Notes under the pieces: model-generated
Databases searched by the model: none
Seen by the model: the letters and a program-made list of their open reading frames with translations, nothing else
What the model was told of the DNA's origin: nothing
In this document: positions 47,590-61,405 of the stretch, one piece after another
How the letters are laid out: each line of letters starts with the position of its first letter
Position numbering within the stretch: the stretch's first letter is position 1
Translations under genes and position numbers: made by a program
Origin: Selaginella moellendorffii
Taxonomy: Eukaryota > Plantae > Lycopodiophyta
Direction of reading: 5' to 3'
Length of the DNA stretch: 64,000 bases
Assembly (NCBI RefSeq): GCF_000143415.4
Contig: NW_003314358.1
Span: 72,001 to 136,000, forward strand

Positions 47590-48938
47590 ATGGCGAACCG
47601 CACGGACCCGGCGGCCAAGAGCGTCCACGGCACCAATCCACAGAACCTGGTGGAGAAGATTTTGCGCGAGAAGATCCACCAGAGCTCGTTCTGGAAGGAG
47701 CAGTGCTTCGCGCTGACAGGTAAATTCGTAGCTAGAGCTGTGGATTTCGCGAGAACTAGAAATCTTTGGTTGCGCGCAGCCGAAACCCTGGTAGACAAGG
47801 CGATGGAGCTGGATCACATTGGAGGAACTTACGGCGGGAACAGGAAGGCGACGCCGTTCATGTGCCTCACTCTCAAGATGCTCCAAATCCAGCCCGAGAA
47901 GGAGATCGTCGTGGAGTTTATCAAGAACCAAGACTACAAGTGAGTTCTTCGCCCTCTTTCTATGTTCTTCGCGCTCTTGACGATCCTTTCGTTCGACGCC
48001 CAGGTATGTGAGAGTTTTGGGAGCGTTCTACTTGCGACTCGTGGGCAAAGCCACGGACGTGTATCAATACTTGGAGCCTCTCTACAATGACTATCGCAAG
48101 ATCAGGCAGAGGAGCGCTGATGGAAGTAAGAGCAAACATTTCTTTTCTTTTGTTTGTTCTTCCTCCATGGATTGAACTGTGATCTTTGCTCCAGGTTTCT
48201 TCCTCTCCCATGTCGATGAGTTTATCGACCAGCTCTTAACCACGGACTACTGCTGCGATATCACTCTTCCTCGAGTTCCCAAGAGGTAGTGTCTCAACGA
48301 TTCCTTTATTATTTTCATTCACGTAGTCATACAAGTTTGTCGATTCACAGATCGGTGCTCGAGCAGAACAATCAGCTGGAGCCGCGGAAGAGCGCTCTAG
48401 AGGACGACTTTGAGGAAGAAGAGGAGAAGGACGAGGAAGAAGGAGAACTCGAGCTTACAAACGAAGACAAGGTATTAACTTTCTACTCGTCTAGCACTCC
48501 AACTGACTATAACTTCGTCCTTTGCAGGCATTGGAAAACGATCGTGAAAGAGAAAGAGAAAGAGACCGTGATCACAGGGATAGGGAGTCCGAGGACCGGG
48601 ATAGACACAGGGACCGCAGAGATCGAGATAGGGACCGGGACAGAGATTACAGGGACAGGGACCGAGAGCGAGAGCGGGACTTGTATAGAGATTACTACCG
48701 AAGGAGGGAGAGGGACGGAGATAGAGACCGGGACAGGGATAGAGATCGCAGACGTAGGAGCCGGAGTAGAAGCAGGGAACGCAGGGAGCGAAGGGACGAC
48801 AGCTCAAGGCGAAAGGACGAACAGCGGCCACCCGAGAGCGATAAGAAGAAGAAGAAAGACACAAAACCGGAAGAGGACCCCGAGATCGTGGAGGCCAACA
48901 AGCTCCGAGCCAAGCTTGGATTGAAACCTCTTCGCTGA
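47590..48938 (+). CDS. PRP38: Pre-mRNA splicing factor 38, multi-exon
   Basis: MANRTDPAAKSVHGTNPQNLVEKI..PFMCLTLKMLQIQPEKEIV..YVRVLGAFYLRL. RD/RS-rich tail ending EANKLRAKLGLKPLR. Confidence 0.96.
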
Positions 48939-49075
48939 AAAGAATGGTATCTAGGAGGTAATGTACCTGTGTTTTTTTTTTTTTTTTCCGCTTTGCTATA
49001 ACAAAGCGTGCGTGGCAATCGCGAGCAGGAACTCTAGTACGTTTCCCCGGAGAGCGACTTTGCCGCTAGAAGTTG

Positions 49076-50855
49076 TCAGCACCATGGGATCGCTGCGAGA
49101 TCAAACGAAGCCCAACAGTTTAGAGAATTTCCGGAACCAAAGAAGTTGGAAGCTCTTACCAGAACGTACCTGGGAGCTGGAACGGGCGGGCATCGGGGGT
49201 GTTGTTCTCGGACAGTTGCGAGCATATCTTTGGTGTCACCGAGGACGAGTAGCCCTCCACGTCCGTGCACTTCCAGGCGGTCAGTCCGGTGGTAGCATCC
49301 AGCGCTATGTCCTCCAAGCAGATATCTCTGAAAGGCACCTCCGGGATTCCCAGAATTCGTCCGGGCCTGTCCAGTGTGTTGCCCGTGACTCCCCTGACCG
49401 TCACCTTTTCTACGACTGGGAAAGCGGTGGCGTTGAAACCGTTGTCCGGGTGCTCGCTGGAGAAGCCGGAGATGGTGATGGCGGTCTGGATGTCGAGCAA
49501 GGTGATGCTGGAGAGGACAACGTTTCGGATGTAGGCGCCCCTGCCGACGCCAGTCCGGATGGAAATTCCCGACTTGGTGCTCACTGCGACGAGGTCTTCC
49601 ACCAGGACGTTCTCTATGCCACCCGAGGTCTCGCTTCCGATGGCTATGGCGGCCCCCCGCTTGGTCTGTCCGGTGACTCGACGGATATGGATGTTGGAGC
49701 TGGGCTGGCCGTAAGCGATGCCGTACTCGTCCCAGCCGCTCTTGATGGCGATCATGTCGTCTCCGTTGCTGATGTAGCAGTCCTGGATGCAAACGTTGGA
49801 GCTGGAATCTGGAAGAACTCTTGGAAGAGCCACCAAAGTTTTGAGAGAGATCCAGGGAAGAAAGTTTGAGAAACTTTGGAAGGATTTCTTTACCTGGATC
49901 GATGCCATCGGTGTTGGGCGAGTCCTGCGGCGCGAGGATTGTCACTCCCTGGATCAGGACGTTGCTGCAAAGAAAGAAACGCTCAAAAATATTGAGAATC
50001 CAGGAAAGCTTACGTGCAGTAGACTGGATGGAGCGTCCAGAACGGGGAATTCACAAGCGTAACGTTCGAGATGATGATGTTGGTCGAGCTGACGAACTCC
50101 ACGAGATGGCCTCTGGTGTGATTGAGAAGCCCGAGCTTGGACCATCGCCACCATTTGGCTCCTTGGCCATCGATGGTTCCATTCTCGCCTAGAACAAAAG
50201 AAAGAACAAAGGAAAAAGCCGGTGTGGCCAGCGGAAAAGAGGAAAAGAGCGTACCCGTGATGACGACGTCTTCCAAATTCTCTCCGTGGACGAGGCTGAT
50301 GTGCCTACCGCCGGGAAGCTCACGCCCTCTTCCATACGATGGCAATGGATCAATAATTGGCCACTGCGATGGATCCTGGCATGCAATCATCCAATCCACC
50401 GTTTCTTGGAAGAAATCGGGAAGAAATCTCAAGAAGGGAAGGAATTTCAAGAAAGGAGCGAGGAATGCTCGAGATCCAAGACAAGAATGCAAGAAAGAGA
50501 GGCCATAGCTGGGATTTCAAGAAAGAAAGATGTCGATCGGCCATACCTGAGAACCAAGAATCACCGCTCCTCGCTCCAGATAGAGCGTGAAATGGCTGGT
50601 GAGGTTGAAGCTGCCAGTGAGCCAGCGGCCTTCCGGGACGTAGAGCATGGCGCCGCCTTTGTCGGTCGCCGTGATGGAGCTGAGGTAGAACATCGCATTC
50701 TGGAACGCGAGCGTGTTGAGCGTCACGCCGTCGCCGATGGCCCCAAAATCCACGATCGATGCGCTGTGCGGCCGCGCGCCGATCGGAATTGCGCAAACAA
50801 GACAAGATTGCCATGCGATCCACAGCGACAGTAGCAAGAAATCCATGCGCCGCAT
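49076..50855 (-). CDS. Glycoside hydrolase family 28 polygalacturonase-like protein, multi-exon
   Basis: DFGAIGDGVTLNT, NGTIDGQG..WW, SPNTDGIDP, GDDMIAIKSGWDEYG, AIGSETSGG. The last short exon is inferred. Confidence 0.92.
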
Positions 50856-51183
50856 TGCGATTTGCGATCACCAGATGATCGCCTCCTCCCTCCCTCCTCC
50901 ACAAGCTCTTCCTCGAAAGGATTGATCCACACGCACGGTCTGGCTGCCTTTCGCCATCGCCCTTCCAAGAATCAGCCCAGTTTCACGCAAAGCTACCAGA
51001 CTAGAAATCTAATGTCCCCAACAATCCACGTGGCAGGTTTCTGAAGCGCCACGTGTAAATCTCTAACCAAAGCACGACGTTTACCCTAATGACGATATTA
51101 AACTGGATTAATAGGCACTCCATTTGTTCTTTTGCATCTATTCTCTTTTGTATACAATGTACAATCCAAAATTCACACACTCG

Positions 51184-54100
51184 CTAATGGCTTTAGATTT
51201 TGGAAGTCATCGTCCTGTTTAGTCTGTGAAAAACAAAACAAAACAAAACAAAAAAAAAACGCTTGAAATCCATGAAGAAAAAGAGAAGAAAAGCTTGAAA
51301 GTTTTTTCTAGTACCTGGATTTGCTGAGAGACTGCTCGCATTCTCGCGTACTGTGCTCTCGCCTCTGGATCGTGAACCATGTCCTGGACGCGCTGGACTG
51401 CCGATTCGATTACGTGCTCCTTTTGTTTCCTTCCCTCTTGGAGAAACTCATCGTCGGCGGCTACTTCGTCTCCTTCCACCATCTTCTCCTCCGCCTGGAA
51501 TCCCCGGAGACCGTGACGTCCTCTGTGCCAACGCAACACAACCTTCTCCAAAACTCCCACGGACCACAAGATCTTCCTGTATTGCCGACGAGCCTGGTAT
51601 CCTCGTACAATAGCCTGCCACCAAAAACAAAGAAAACTTTCAGTTATGAGATCACGGAAAAGGAGATCGAAAAGCAGCGAGCAAGCGAGAAAGCAAGAAA
51701 AACTTACCTGGATCTTTATGATTCTCTGGCGCGTTTGCAAGAACTCGTGCCGGCCTTTCCACCCCCGAAACTTGGACTGGATCTTCGTGGCAGCCGAGTT
51801 TTGCTTCTTGATCTTGTGGCCACGGTAAGCTTTCTGGATCTTCTCTGCAGCCATGAGGTACTCTACGTTGTCGCTGTTGATGTCTTGCAGTCTAGCTTCT
51901 TCTTCCTCTTGCTTCCTACGGAAAGTAAACTCCCGGAACGCCGACTGGATGAGCGCAGCAGCTTGCGTAGCCCGCCGGACTGCCGAGAGCGACTGTTTCA
52001 GAAAAGTATCGTCGGTGACACATTGGACGTCTTCTCCGGAAAGCAGACGGCTCGCGGCGCTTTCTCCAGCCAGACTAGCATTTGTATAATGTATCTCGTT
52101 CAGGCTCCCGTCCTTTAGCGTCAGTACCGATAGATGGTGTTCCAGAGATGCTTCCGCCAAGTAGCCCGCAATTCCAGGATAGCCACGGCACGAGGCTACA
52201 TCCGCCGCTGTTTGGCCATTTGGATATGCCGGAGTTGGATCGGTAAGAAGCTCTGGCACTGCTTTGGCTCCAATGAGCGCTAGAATAACATCCTCCCTGC
52301 CAAACAGAAGAACCAAGAACCATAAGATGCGAAATCGAAACTACGCTTACCTTCCAAAGTGCGCAGCCCAATGCAAGGCCGTCCAGCCATGCAAGTCCCG
52401 AAAGTTTACGAGGACACCCGCTGCTAGCAATGGAGGGATCGCCCAGTCGAAGCCAAGAGCTGAGACGATGTGTATCATTCCCTGTCCTTCTTTGTCACAC
52501 ACGGAAGGCCCCTTTCCATCTTGTCCGGCACGTCTTATAAGCCATTCTTGCAACTTGAGCCGAGAGAAGACGTCGAAAATGCTATCTTTGATCTCGTGAG
52601 TTGTCCTGGACTTGTCCTTTATAGCAGCTGCAATGTCATCCCACTGTTCCAAGCCCTTCTTGAAGGAGTTGCGAATTTTGTTGGCGATCGCCTCGTTTAC
52701 TGCTTGTCTCGGAACCTCGTCGGAGCATAGCATGCGAACGAACTTCAACTGAAGCAGGAGATCCTCCGGCCTCAACTCCTTCTCAGTCGTAGAAGGAGCA
52801 GTCTGTGCCTTTCCACGGAACTCGAAGTCCCTGATTTCACTGCATGCTGTTCTATCGTTGCAGGTGATGTAGAATGGAACATTTCCAGCCGGGTGTGGAG
52901 GGCACATACAACGGAGGACATTGCTCCCAAGTATTTCTGCCCGCGCTTCAACTTCACCGAACATGCAGCACCAATTATGTTGATGAGGTGACACCAAAAA
53001 CTGGCCAGTAACAAGAACCTGGAAAATTTACGAGAAAAATAAGAAAACGAGGAATACACAAATTCTCACCTTTGTTTCCGAGTAAGCGTCTGCCCAGTCC
53101 GGTGAAAAATCAACAATTTTAAATTTCTGAACCGACATCTGAATGCTCGGCATCGATTGTTCGTAGGAAGAGGAAAAGTCTGTGTCGAGTTCTCCTCCTT
53201 TGTCCTCGAAAGTGGATGACAACAATGCGTCGGAATCAGACACGGGATCAACCGCAATCTCGTTCATGACCCACCGTCCGAAACTATCAAGCGAAGATAA
53301 GTGATTTAGTTGGGCGGCCTGCAACACAATAAAAGTCAGAAGAGATGGCAGGAACTAAAGCCTGAAGCGTTACATGGTGAGAGTCTCCAACAAAACTCAA
53401 AGGGCTGTCGGATTTTGCTGCCATATCCTCTTTGGCCACCCTCGGTTCGGGAATAGCAGGTGGTTCTACCAGCGAGTCCAAGTACTTTTCACTAGTGTCG
53501 GGTCCCTTGCTTTGTTCAAACACCTCTTCCCAAGTTGCAAACTTGAGACTACTGTCCCTTGAGTTTTCAGGGTGTTGCTGAATGTCAACCAAGTTGTCCC
53601 AGCCAGCCATGTCATAATCTATGTTACCATCGTTGTCTGCAAAAACATGGATCAAATGTTTCCTGCGAGACAACAGTGGCGTACCTGAAATCCCAAGTAA
53701 TTCATTGATATCAGTTTTGCTCAAAGGTTGTGCGTTCACGGTTTGTGACTGATCTTGTCGGTCCTTTGACTGTCTTAGAGTTCTAGTCACGGTTTGGTTT
53801 GTTTGCCGCTTCTGATTTTGATCACTGCTTGACAGCTGATCCATCAAGGAGACTGGCCTTCTCTGTCTGTCCATGTCAATGATTTGGACATCATCAGCCT
53901 CATCCCCAGAATTCGCACCATCCGCATCTAATGAGTTCGGAGAATTCCCTTCTGGACTCTGAGAGTTCGCAGCTTGTTTTGCGAGCTGCCGGTCGAGAGA
54001 TTGGTCGTGCAGCCGAAAGACACTTGACCTGTTTCCCTGAATACAAACACCATCTTAGTCTCCAGTATCGAAGGCAGAGATGAAAAACCTGGAGCGCCTC

Positions 54101-54828
54101 GAGATAGTGAACGAGGACAATATGTTCGTGTGCTCTGCAGAAAAGATAACACTTTCATTCCTTCTTCTACATTAACAATTCTACGCGAGACATACCCTTC
54201 CAGTAGCCAGTAACTACGACGCTGGAAGTTCATGTTCTCTTCCCCGTGAGCATAGTAGCAATGCAAAGCATTGACGCTGCCTACCTGCGACAGGAACACA
54301 AAGAAAAATCAAGCACCAAAGACACACGTAGAAGCCACTACCTTTAGACGCTCATGCGCTTCCTTCACAGTTTTCCCATCTTTCTTCTTCCGCCAGTTGT
54401 GACCATCCTTTCGAAAGTACCGCAGCGCTTTGCGATCGAACAGGAACAGGCTTCCACCTGACAGACGGAAAACCTTGATGCTCACTGGAAAGAGTCAAGC
54501 ACGAGCTTACTTGGAGGCTGATAAGGCGGAGCCGGGCTGGTCTTCAAGTTAATCTCAGTATAGCTTCGTAAAACCTCGCAAATTTCCGGAGGGCGCAGCC
54601 ATCGCGACTGTGCATCGCGGACAATCTGCCTCAAATCTACAACCAGGGAGGAGGAGAATGAGCGATAGAGAAAGCCCCATGCGTTTCAGCTCGAGAGAAG
54701 CATTCCAATCGCAGGAATCACTGCCAATCGGAGAATGCGACACACAACAGCACAGCGCTCGATCGATTCGTCTTACCGAGCTGCGGCGGAGGCTGCTGGA
54801 CAATTTGCGGGCGATCGCCTGCCGCCAT
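51184..54828 (-). CDS. CAMTA: Calmodulin-binding transcription activator, multi-exon
   Basis: CG-1 domain (RWLRPPEICE, FDRKALRYFRKDGHNWRKK, LHCYYAHGE), TIG domain, ankyrin (GWTALHWAAHFGR), IQ motifs and WSVGVLEKVVLRWHR. Confidence 0.95.
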
Positions 54829-57800
54829 AAACCCTAGCTCCTCGTCCTAGCGCAAGCGCAAAAAGGAGAGAGGGGAGAAATGTTTCTGTGCTCTACGGAC
54901 AATAAGCGGGCGTACGGGCTTTTGATGGTCACTTTTCCATAGGCCCAGGTTTGACTAGAGTCGGAGATTTTCTAGTTTTAGCAGGCTTGATCGAATTTAG
55001 CTAGCCAACATTTGCAAATTTCTTGATCGATCATGGGCACATTGCTAAGTGATACCACTAATTGTTAGCCAGAATTCTAATAGGCCCATGGGAAAAGTCA
55101 ACGGTCGTCATTAGCCCTAAAATTTCAAGCCTTGCATTGGTGTTCCATCAAGTTCCTCTTTCTCTTATCCAGCTTCCACAAGATTCCATCCAGGCTATGA
55201 TTTTTTGGGATGCAGTTGGCTGCATTGGCTGCGCTGCCTGATCCACGACCTTTGCTCCTTGACATTCTCTGATCTTATAGCCAAATTTCTTCTCCTCCTC
55301 ACTAGCTCGCGAGCAAGACTCAGATCGGGCCTCAATCGCCAAAGCCATGGATCATCACGATGTGAGATTGGCTGATCAAGAACGAGAAGCGTCGTCCCCC
55401 CAAGATGACATGTTTGTCTTGTTTCCAATCCAATGTAGCGTGAGGTGAGGAGGTCTCGGGTTTAGACATGGCAGGCTTCTAAAGAATCAGGATTCTTCCT
55501 CTGCTTTCGCCTTCTACTAGCACTGAGGTGAATTCTTGAAAGGGGCGTAATTCTCATTTCTCAGCAATGCTTTTCCTTTTCTTTTCTGGCTGCTCAAATG
55601 CATAAGTGAAGTGATCCTTGGCCTTCTTCCGCTTTATGATTTCCTGAACTCTCCTTTTGATTGACAGATTCCCTTGCCTTGCCGGCAATTATGATCAACT
55701 ATGCCATCGGTTAAAGTTTGATTTGCACAGGGGAGTTTTGAAGCAGAAGAGGGCCAAAGGATCACCCAAGTTGCCAATCTGGATTTCTTGCGTTCTTCAT
55801 TGCCAGTGTTAGGGATCGGGAGCGCTAGCAAGCTAAGCTATCCTGTGTTCTCCCATTTCCTCTTTCTTCCAGAAGATTCATCCAGGCCATATAAGCCCAC
55901 ATTGTCTCTCACTCGTGGCCCTTTCTTGCGTTGCGAGGAAAGGGCTGACGGTGAGCTCCATGGCAGTGGTGCCGCTGGGGTTTGCCACAAAATGATCGGG
56001 AGGATCTTTCGGCTCCCTCCCTTGTGCCTATTCGCCCGTGCTGCGGATCGGGAGCGCAAGCAAGGTCAGAAGACTGCCTGATCACCCTGAGACGATAGAC
56101 ACTTATCTCAATTCCCTTGATCATCACGCTTCTTGCAATTGCGCATGGCTAGAAGCGTAGAGTGTGGCGATCACTCGGTTTGCTGAGGTGACCTCGTTTT
56201 CTCGTGTGGCCTCAAGAATCGCTTCATTTTCAGATTCCTGGCCAAGCGTTTACAAGTACACATGGTTCTTCTTCTAAGAAAGGGGCGATCTTATTTCTCC
56301 GATGCTGAGCTTGATCCATCACTTCCTTGTCGTAGCAGCAAGACGAAACATCGTTCTTCTAGCAAGAGCTCGGTTGGAGCTGAGAAGCCATGCAAGTGGA
56401 CATTTCACTGAGCCAGCGATGGTGGCGACGATTACAAGTTTTCACCTTCTTGCGATCTTTAGGCCCGTTTGGCATCTTGCCAATCCGACGGCCTCCATTA
56501 AACCAGAATATCTTGTTACCATGATCTTTACCATGTGACTGTCATCAATGTTATAAGCTCATTCTTTGCTCCACAAACTCCTGACTTGCGTTCCGGAAGA
56601 TTGCGTACTTTACCGCGTAACTCGCCATTTTCAGGGCACTAGGACACCGGATCCATGCGTCCATCTCCTCCATGGCAAGCGAATTGGACAACACTTGTTG
56701 AGCAACACCTTGCCTGTGAAAAACAATCAAGAAACAATCATGTGAAAAACAATCACAAGAAACAATCAAGATGGACTAAAGATTTCTCTTTATACTCACA
56801 GTCCAAGTCTCGCGATCGTGAGCCACATCCAGGTAAAAAACCAACACAAAGGAAACTTTAACACTCGCTAAGGCAAGAACTGGAATATGGAAGGCTTACG
56901 TATCACCACCTCACCATTTTCAACTTGGACGATCTCCTACTCCCCACAGCATGCTGGATTTCTCCCTGGAAATTGGAGGGCCGGCATGGAAGTGGTGGTC
57001 GTTGACTGTGTTGCTAGAGCAACAGCGCCAGCAAGCTCAAAAAGACTGCTGCTTGATCCACAATCTGATCTGATTATAGTCAAATTTCCCACACTAGGCG
57101 CAGGCAATCGAGCCCCAATCGCCAAAAGCGCTTGAAGCTCATATGTGAGATTGGTTGATCAAGTCGAGAAGCGTCGAGTGTGGCGATCCCACGAGATGAT
57201 CTCTTTTTCTTGTTTCCACTCCAATATTGCGTGGGAATCGCTGGTCTTTTCCAAGCAAGCATTCTTGAAGAAATAGAATAGATTTATTCTTTGGTGGTCA
57301 CCTGCAGCTACTGAATAAAATGAAGCTCCAAGATCCATCCCACGCTGGTGAGCGAGCTGCGAGGACCAAGATCCACGCCGCCATCGCCGCCAAGAGACTC
57401 TCCACTGTAAATTTCACAAATCCAGTCAATCTCTATGAGCTCGACCTGTGACCAGAAGCTTGCCCTCGATCGCGTCCTCATTGCCTTGCTCGTAACTCGC
57501 CACTCAGTGTGCTGTACGCTTTTTGAGCACCACCTTGCAAATCAATGAATGCACATCGTAAAGCCTGGCTGAACTGGGAGTGTCTCACGCCGGAGTCGAG
57601 AAAACTCGGAGCTTCTCATGCCTCGTGTGGAAGTCCGGCGTCCTACCTCGAGCAAAACATTCGTTGTCTAAGATTTTCTCTGACAAGCCCGCTCTGCAGG
57701 ACCAAAGCGAAAGACAAATTTCTCTTTACACAGTCCCGGATCCATGTCTTGCTGAAGTTCGTCTCTTTGGTTTTCGCTAACCAAGATCGATCAAGAGAAG

Positions 57801-58251
57801 GGAAAATGGGAAAAAAGAATTTTAGCCAGTATGCATTGCTTGTCACTAAGGTTTTTCAAAATATACAGAGAGCTTTCCTCCTCAAACAGTTCCAAGCTTT
57901 CCATAAGAAACTCGTGATCAATGTACTGTGGACAACAAACTAAGAGAGCCTGCTTGCCATCTTTATTTCTTGGCTGCTTCGAATTCATCTTAGAAGATCA
58001 TCGCGAGCTTGTGTAAAGTGGTGACCAAGGACTTCACGACCTTCCAGAGAACTTTCAAGAACAAGGAGAGAAACAGACATGAAACATCACCTTTCTCGAA
58101 AACCTCGTTGAAAGAAAGTGGCATATTCTTATTTTGATCTTTCATCTTAACATCTGTTCTTGTTACCGTGGTAACAGGCATAGCCTATGTGAACAGTGGC
58201 CAACTGTCGTTTAACACGAAGGATCGCGACCTTAACCTTCATCATATCCAG

Positions 58252-58808
58252 GTAATAATATTTGATTTATAAAAGACATAAATTATTATAAAATAATTAA
58301 TATAAAATTAATTATTAATTATTAAAATTTTTTTTATAAATTATTTGATAACACAAAACCTTTATTTAATAACAACTATTGCCCTTAATTGCAGTGTTTC
58401 AAAGGGCTTACCTTGCTTGAAGTCATAAGACTTGACTTCACTGCAATTTCAAAGTGGAAGAACATTGGTAATAGATTCATGACGAAAAAAATATTTTTTT
58501 ATTGTGAAGAAGGTTTCTTTGAAGCATGCAGGAGTATGGCATTTTTGAACAGCCACAAGTTAAATTTTTAAGATTCAAAATTTAAAATTGCTAAGGTATT
58601 CAAATGCATTAAACATTTGGGAATCTTGTAAGTACTTTATAAATTGCCCTCTAAGCTCAAAAAAAAGGTAATAATATTTTATTTATAAAAGACATAAATT
58701 ATTATAAAATAATTAATATAAAATCAATTATTAATTATTAAAATATTATTTTTCTATAAATTATTTGATAACACAAAACCTTTATTTAATAACAACTATC
58801 CCCCTAAT
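58252..58808 (+). repeat. Two ~135-bp near-identical AT-rich direct repeats (58252-58388 and 58668-58808)
   Basis: Both begin GTAATAATAT and are traceable to AACAACTAT.CCC. The flanks are unrelated. Confidence 0.85.
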
Positions 58809-61405
58809 ATTAATGCATCATTAACTGCCAAAGATGGAGGCGTGGATGTGCCATCAGTTGACAATGATGGAAGCTCGGGAGCAAAAGATGGTGGTGTGGG
58901 AGGTAAAGAATCACATTCTATTGTGTTTAAGTTATAATAAATTTTCAAAAATTAAATAAAATAAATAAAATTTATTATTTTCTAACTTAATTACTTAAAG
59001 AAATGAAATACTTAAAGAAATGAAAACTTCACTATATTATCAACAATAACACTAAAACTCCATTACCAAACATTTTAAATAGACAATAAACTATAAAGGT
59101 TATAACATAAAACTATATCATAATACTTAATTAAAAATCTAATTAAAAATACTTGAACATTCCTATATATAAGAAATAAATAATTTACAAATTTTAAGAG
59201 TATTAAATTAAACTTTTCTCACAATCATCTTTAGCTTTTAAGTAGAATTTTTTGAGTAGAAGATTTGCAACATTATATTGTGTTTCACAACATGCAATGA
59301 AATGCTCAAACTTGATTCTGTCCCAATCACCCATGCTAATGCTAACCCTTTCAACAAAAGAGTGTCTCATCCTTAAAATGATGTTAGTGATATCCATAAT
59401 AACTTGGAACACAGCCTCCTCATTCACTCATTACTTATTGGTACTAGAATGCTCTCATTTCCTATATTCTAATAGAAAGTGTTCACTACCTTTGGGATAC
59501 CTAAGAAGTGTTCTATACTAACCATAATGATTGGTCCATAAGTAAGCATCAGCTTTTGATTATAAAAGCCTCTAGCACATATTGCCATCCAAAGAGAAAG
59601 TACAGTATATCTAGAAGGGAGTGAGTTCCACCATGCAAATTAACCAAAATGAAATGGTGGTGCAACTGATGCTAGAATTACCACCAATGTCTTTTGATGA
59701 CTTGTAATGAACAACTTCAAATCAAAAGATACATTCTTTCTTACTTTTTTTGTCATGACATACATTTCAGTGTAACAAAATTTGGTCTAAAAAATCACCA
59801 CTAGAAATGTCACCACCATTTACTGGTGGTGCTTGTATATTTCCCAAGAATATTTAACTGGGTGTTGAAGCAGCGATGACATCAACAGAAAAATGATGGA
59901 CCTGAAAATATAGTAACACAGAAATACCACCATTATTACAAGCAGTTTGTGTGCCCAGTGTTTCCAACACTATAAACTTGGCAATGCCTCTGTGTCATAC
60001 AATCTTACTACTCCACTCCACTCTCATTCAATAAGAATCTATTCAAAAGAAAGAGTGGAAGACACACTCAATTCCAAGTATGATACTTTATAGTTTGCTT
60101 CATGAGACAAATGGTTCATTACAACCATCCAAGCCATTTCCTCATTGTTTGTACTCAATTTTTTTCTTATGCTTGCCTGCAGAAAGAAAGAAGTTCCATC
60201 CTTTTCCTTCCAACAAAATTAAAGTTCATAGCTCTGACTGTCTATATATTGGCCTCCTCAAAGAACGATTGACTGATGGTAAAAACTGTAGCCTGTGCGA
60301 TAATACAAGCTAAAAGACATGGAAGTTTGATCTCTTCTCAGGAAGAACACAGTGACTTGATCCTGGAGCCCGCATGGGAGGCAAAATTTGGAAGTATGGA
60401 GCGTATGGAGCTCATGCATTTTGCAAGATTCTGCAGGTGTGCCTTCTGGTCGTGACCCAGGGTCCTGGACTTTGCTGCTCAAACGTTGGCCTGCTCGGAA
60501 GCTCGACTTGGTCGGTGGTAATGCAGGTTCACAGTCTGAGAGGCGAGACGTCCATGTAATCCTCGAGCGCCAGCTTCAAAAGAAGAATTTAAGGACTTTA
60601 GTACTCGAGGCAAGAGCGAGATGGAAGGACTCACTTCACAGCGCGTTCGGGAACGGTAAGATCACCAAGCTGACCATAAAAGCCCAGCTGGGGAGCTGCT
60701 GGCTACACAAGCGTGGCAGCCAATGCGTTCTCGGCGAGCGACAGAGAACCATCGTTGTCTGCAGCTCTACAACTTGGACGAGCGCCTTGAGCCCCGTGGT
60801 CACGCCACAGCATCATGGAGCTTGTGCTTCACATCCCCGTTGTGAGCGTGAACATCCAGCGGAATGACTAAGGCTGCTTGTACCATCACTGGACTCTTGC
60901 CGCGGTTATGAGCTCCTGCAAGAACATCACGAAAACAATTACAACCCCTCTGATCGAATCACTGCTAAGGGGCTGGCGTACCTGCAGTTTTTGCTCAATG
61001 AACGAGTTTGAGGAGTTTACTAGCGTGTCCTGGGAGCAATACACACAAGAAGTAGCTCAAAACGCGAATACAAAACACCACAGAACTAGAGAGGGAAGAA
61101 CCTTATATATGTTCGTCGTGTGCTAGCAATGCAAAGCATTCACGCTGCCTGCTTGCAACAAAAAGAGAAAAAGGTGATCCTGCGGTTTCCTTCACAGCCT
61201 GCCCAAGGAAGAGATTTGCACCATGGAACAAACAAATCGAAATATCTTACAAGTGGAGCTTGGAAGCGCCTCGCTTATCTCGAATCCGGCAGTGTATCGC
61301 CCTGGGCGCCAAACCCTAGTTTGACGGGCTTGACGGGCTCAACGGTCATGCGTCACCCGTCAGCCATTGACTATATAGTCAACTCTTCCTTTGCCCTTGA
61401 CAAAA

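Noticed and set aside
48961-49869. 302-aa plus-strand ORF, and similar long ORFs at 51321-52118 and 61120-62211
   Set aside because: They are antisense or alternate-frame shadows of GC-rich coding exons.
59200-61100. Short ORFs suggesting a transposase or host gene
   Set aside because: No recognisable motifs or consistent exon chain.
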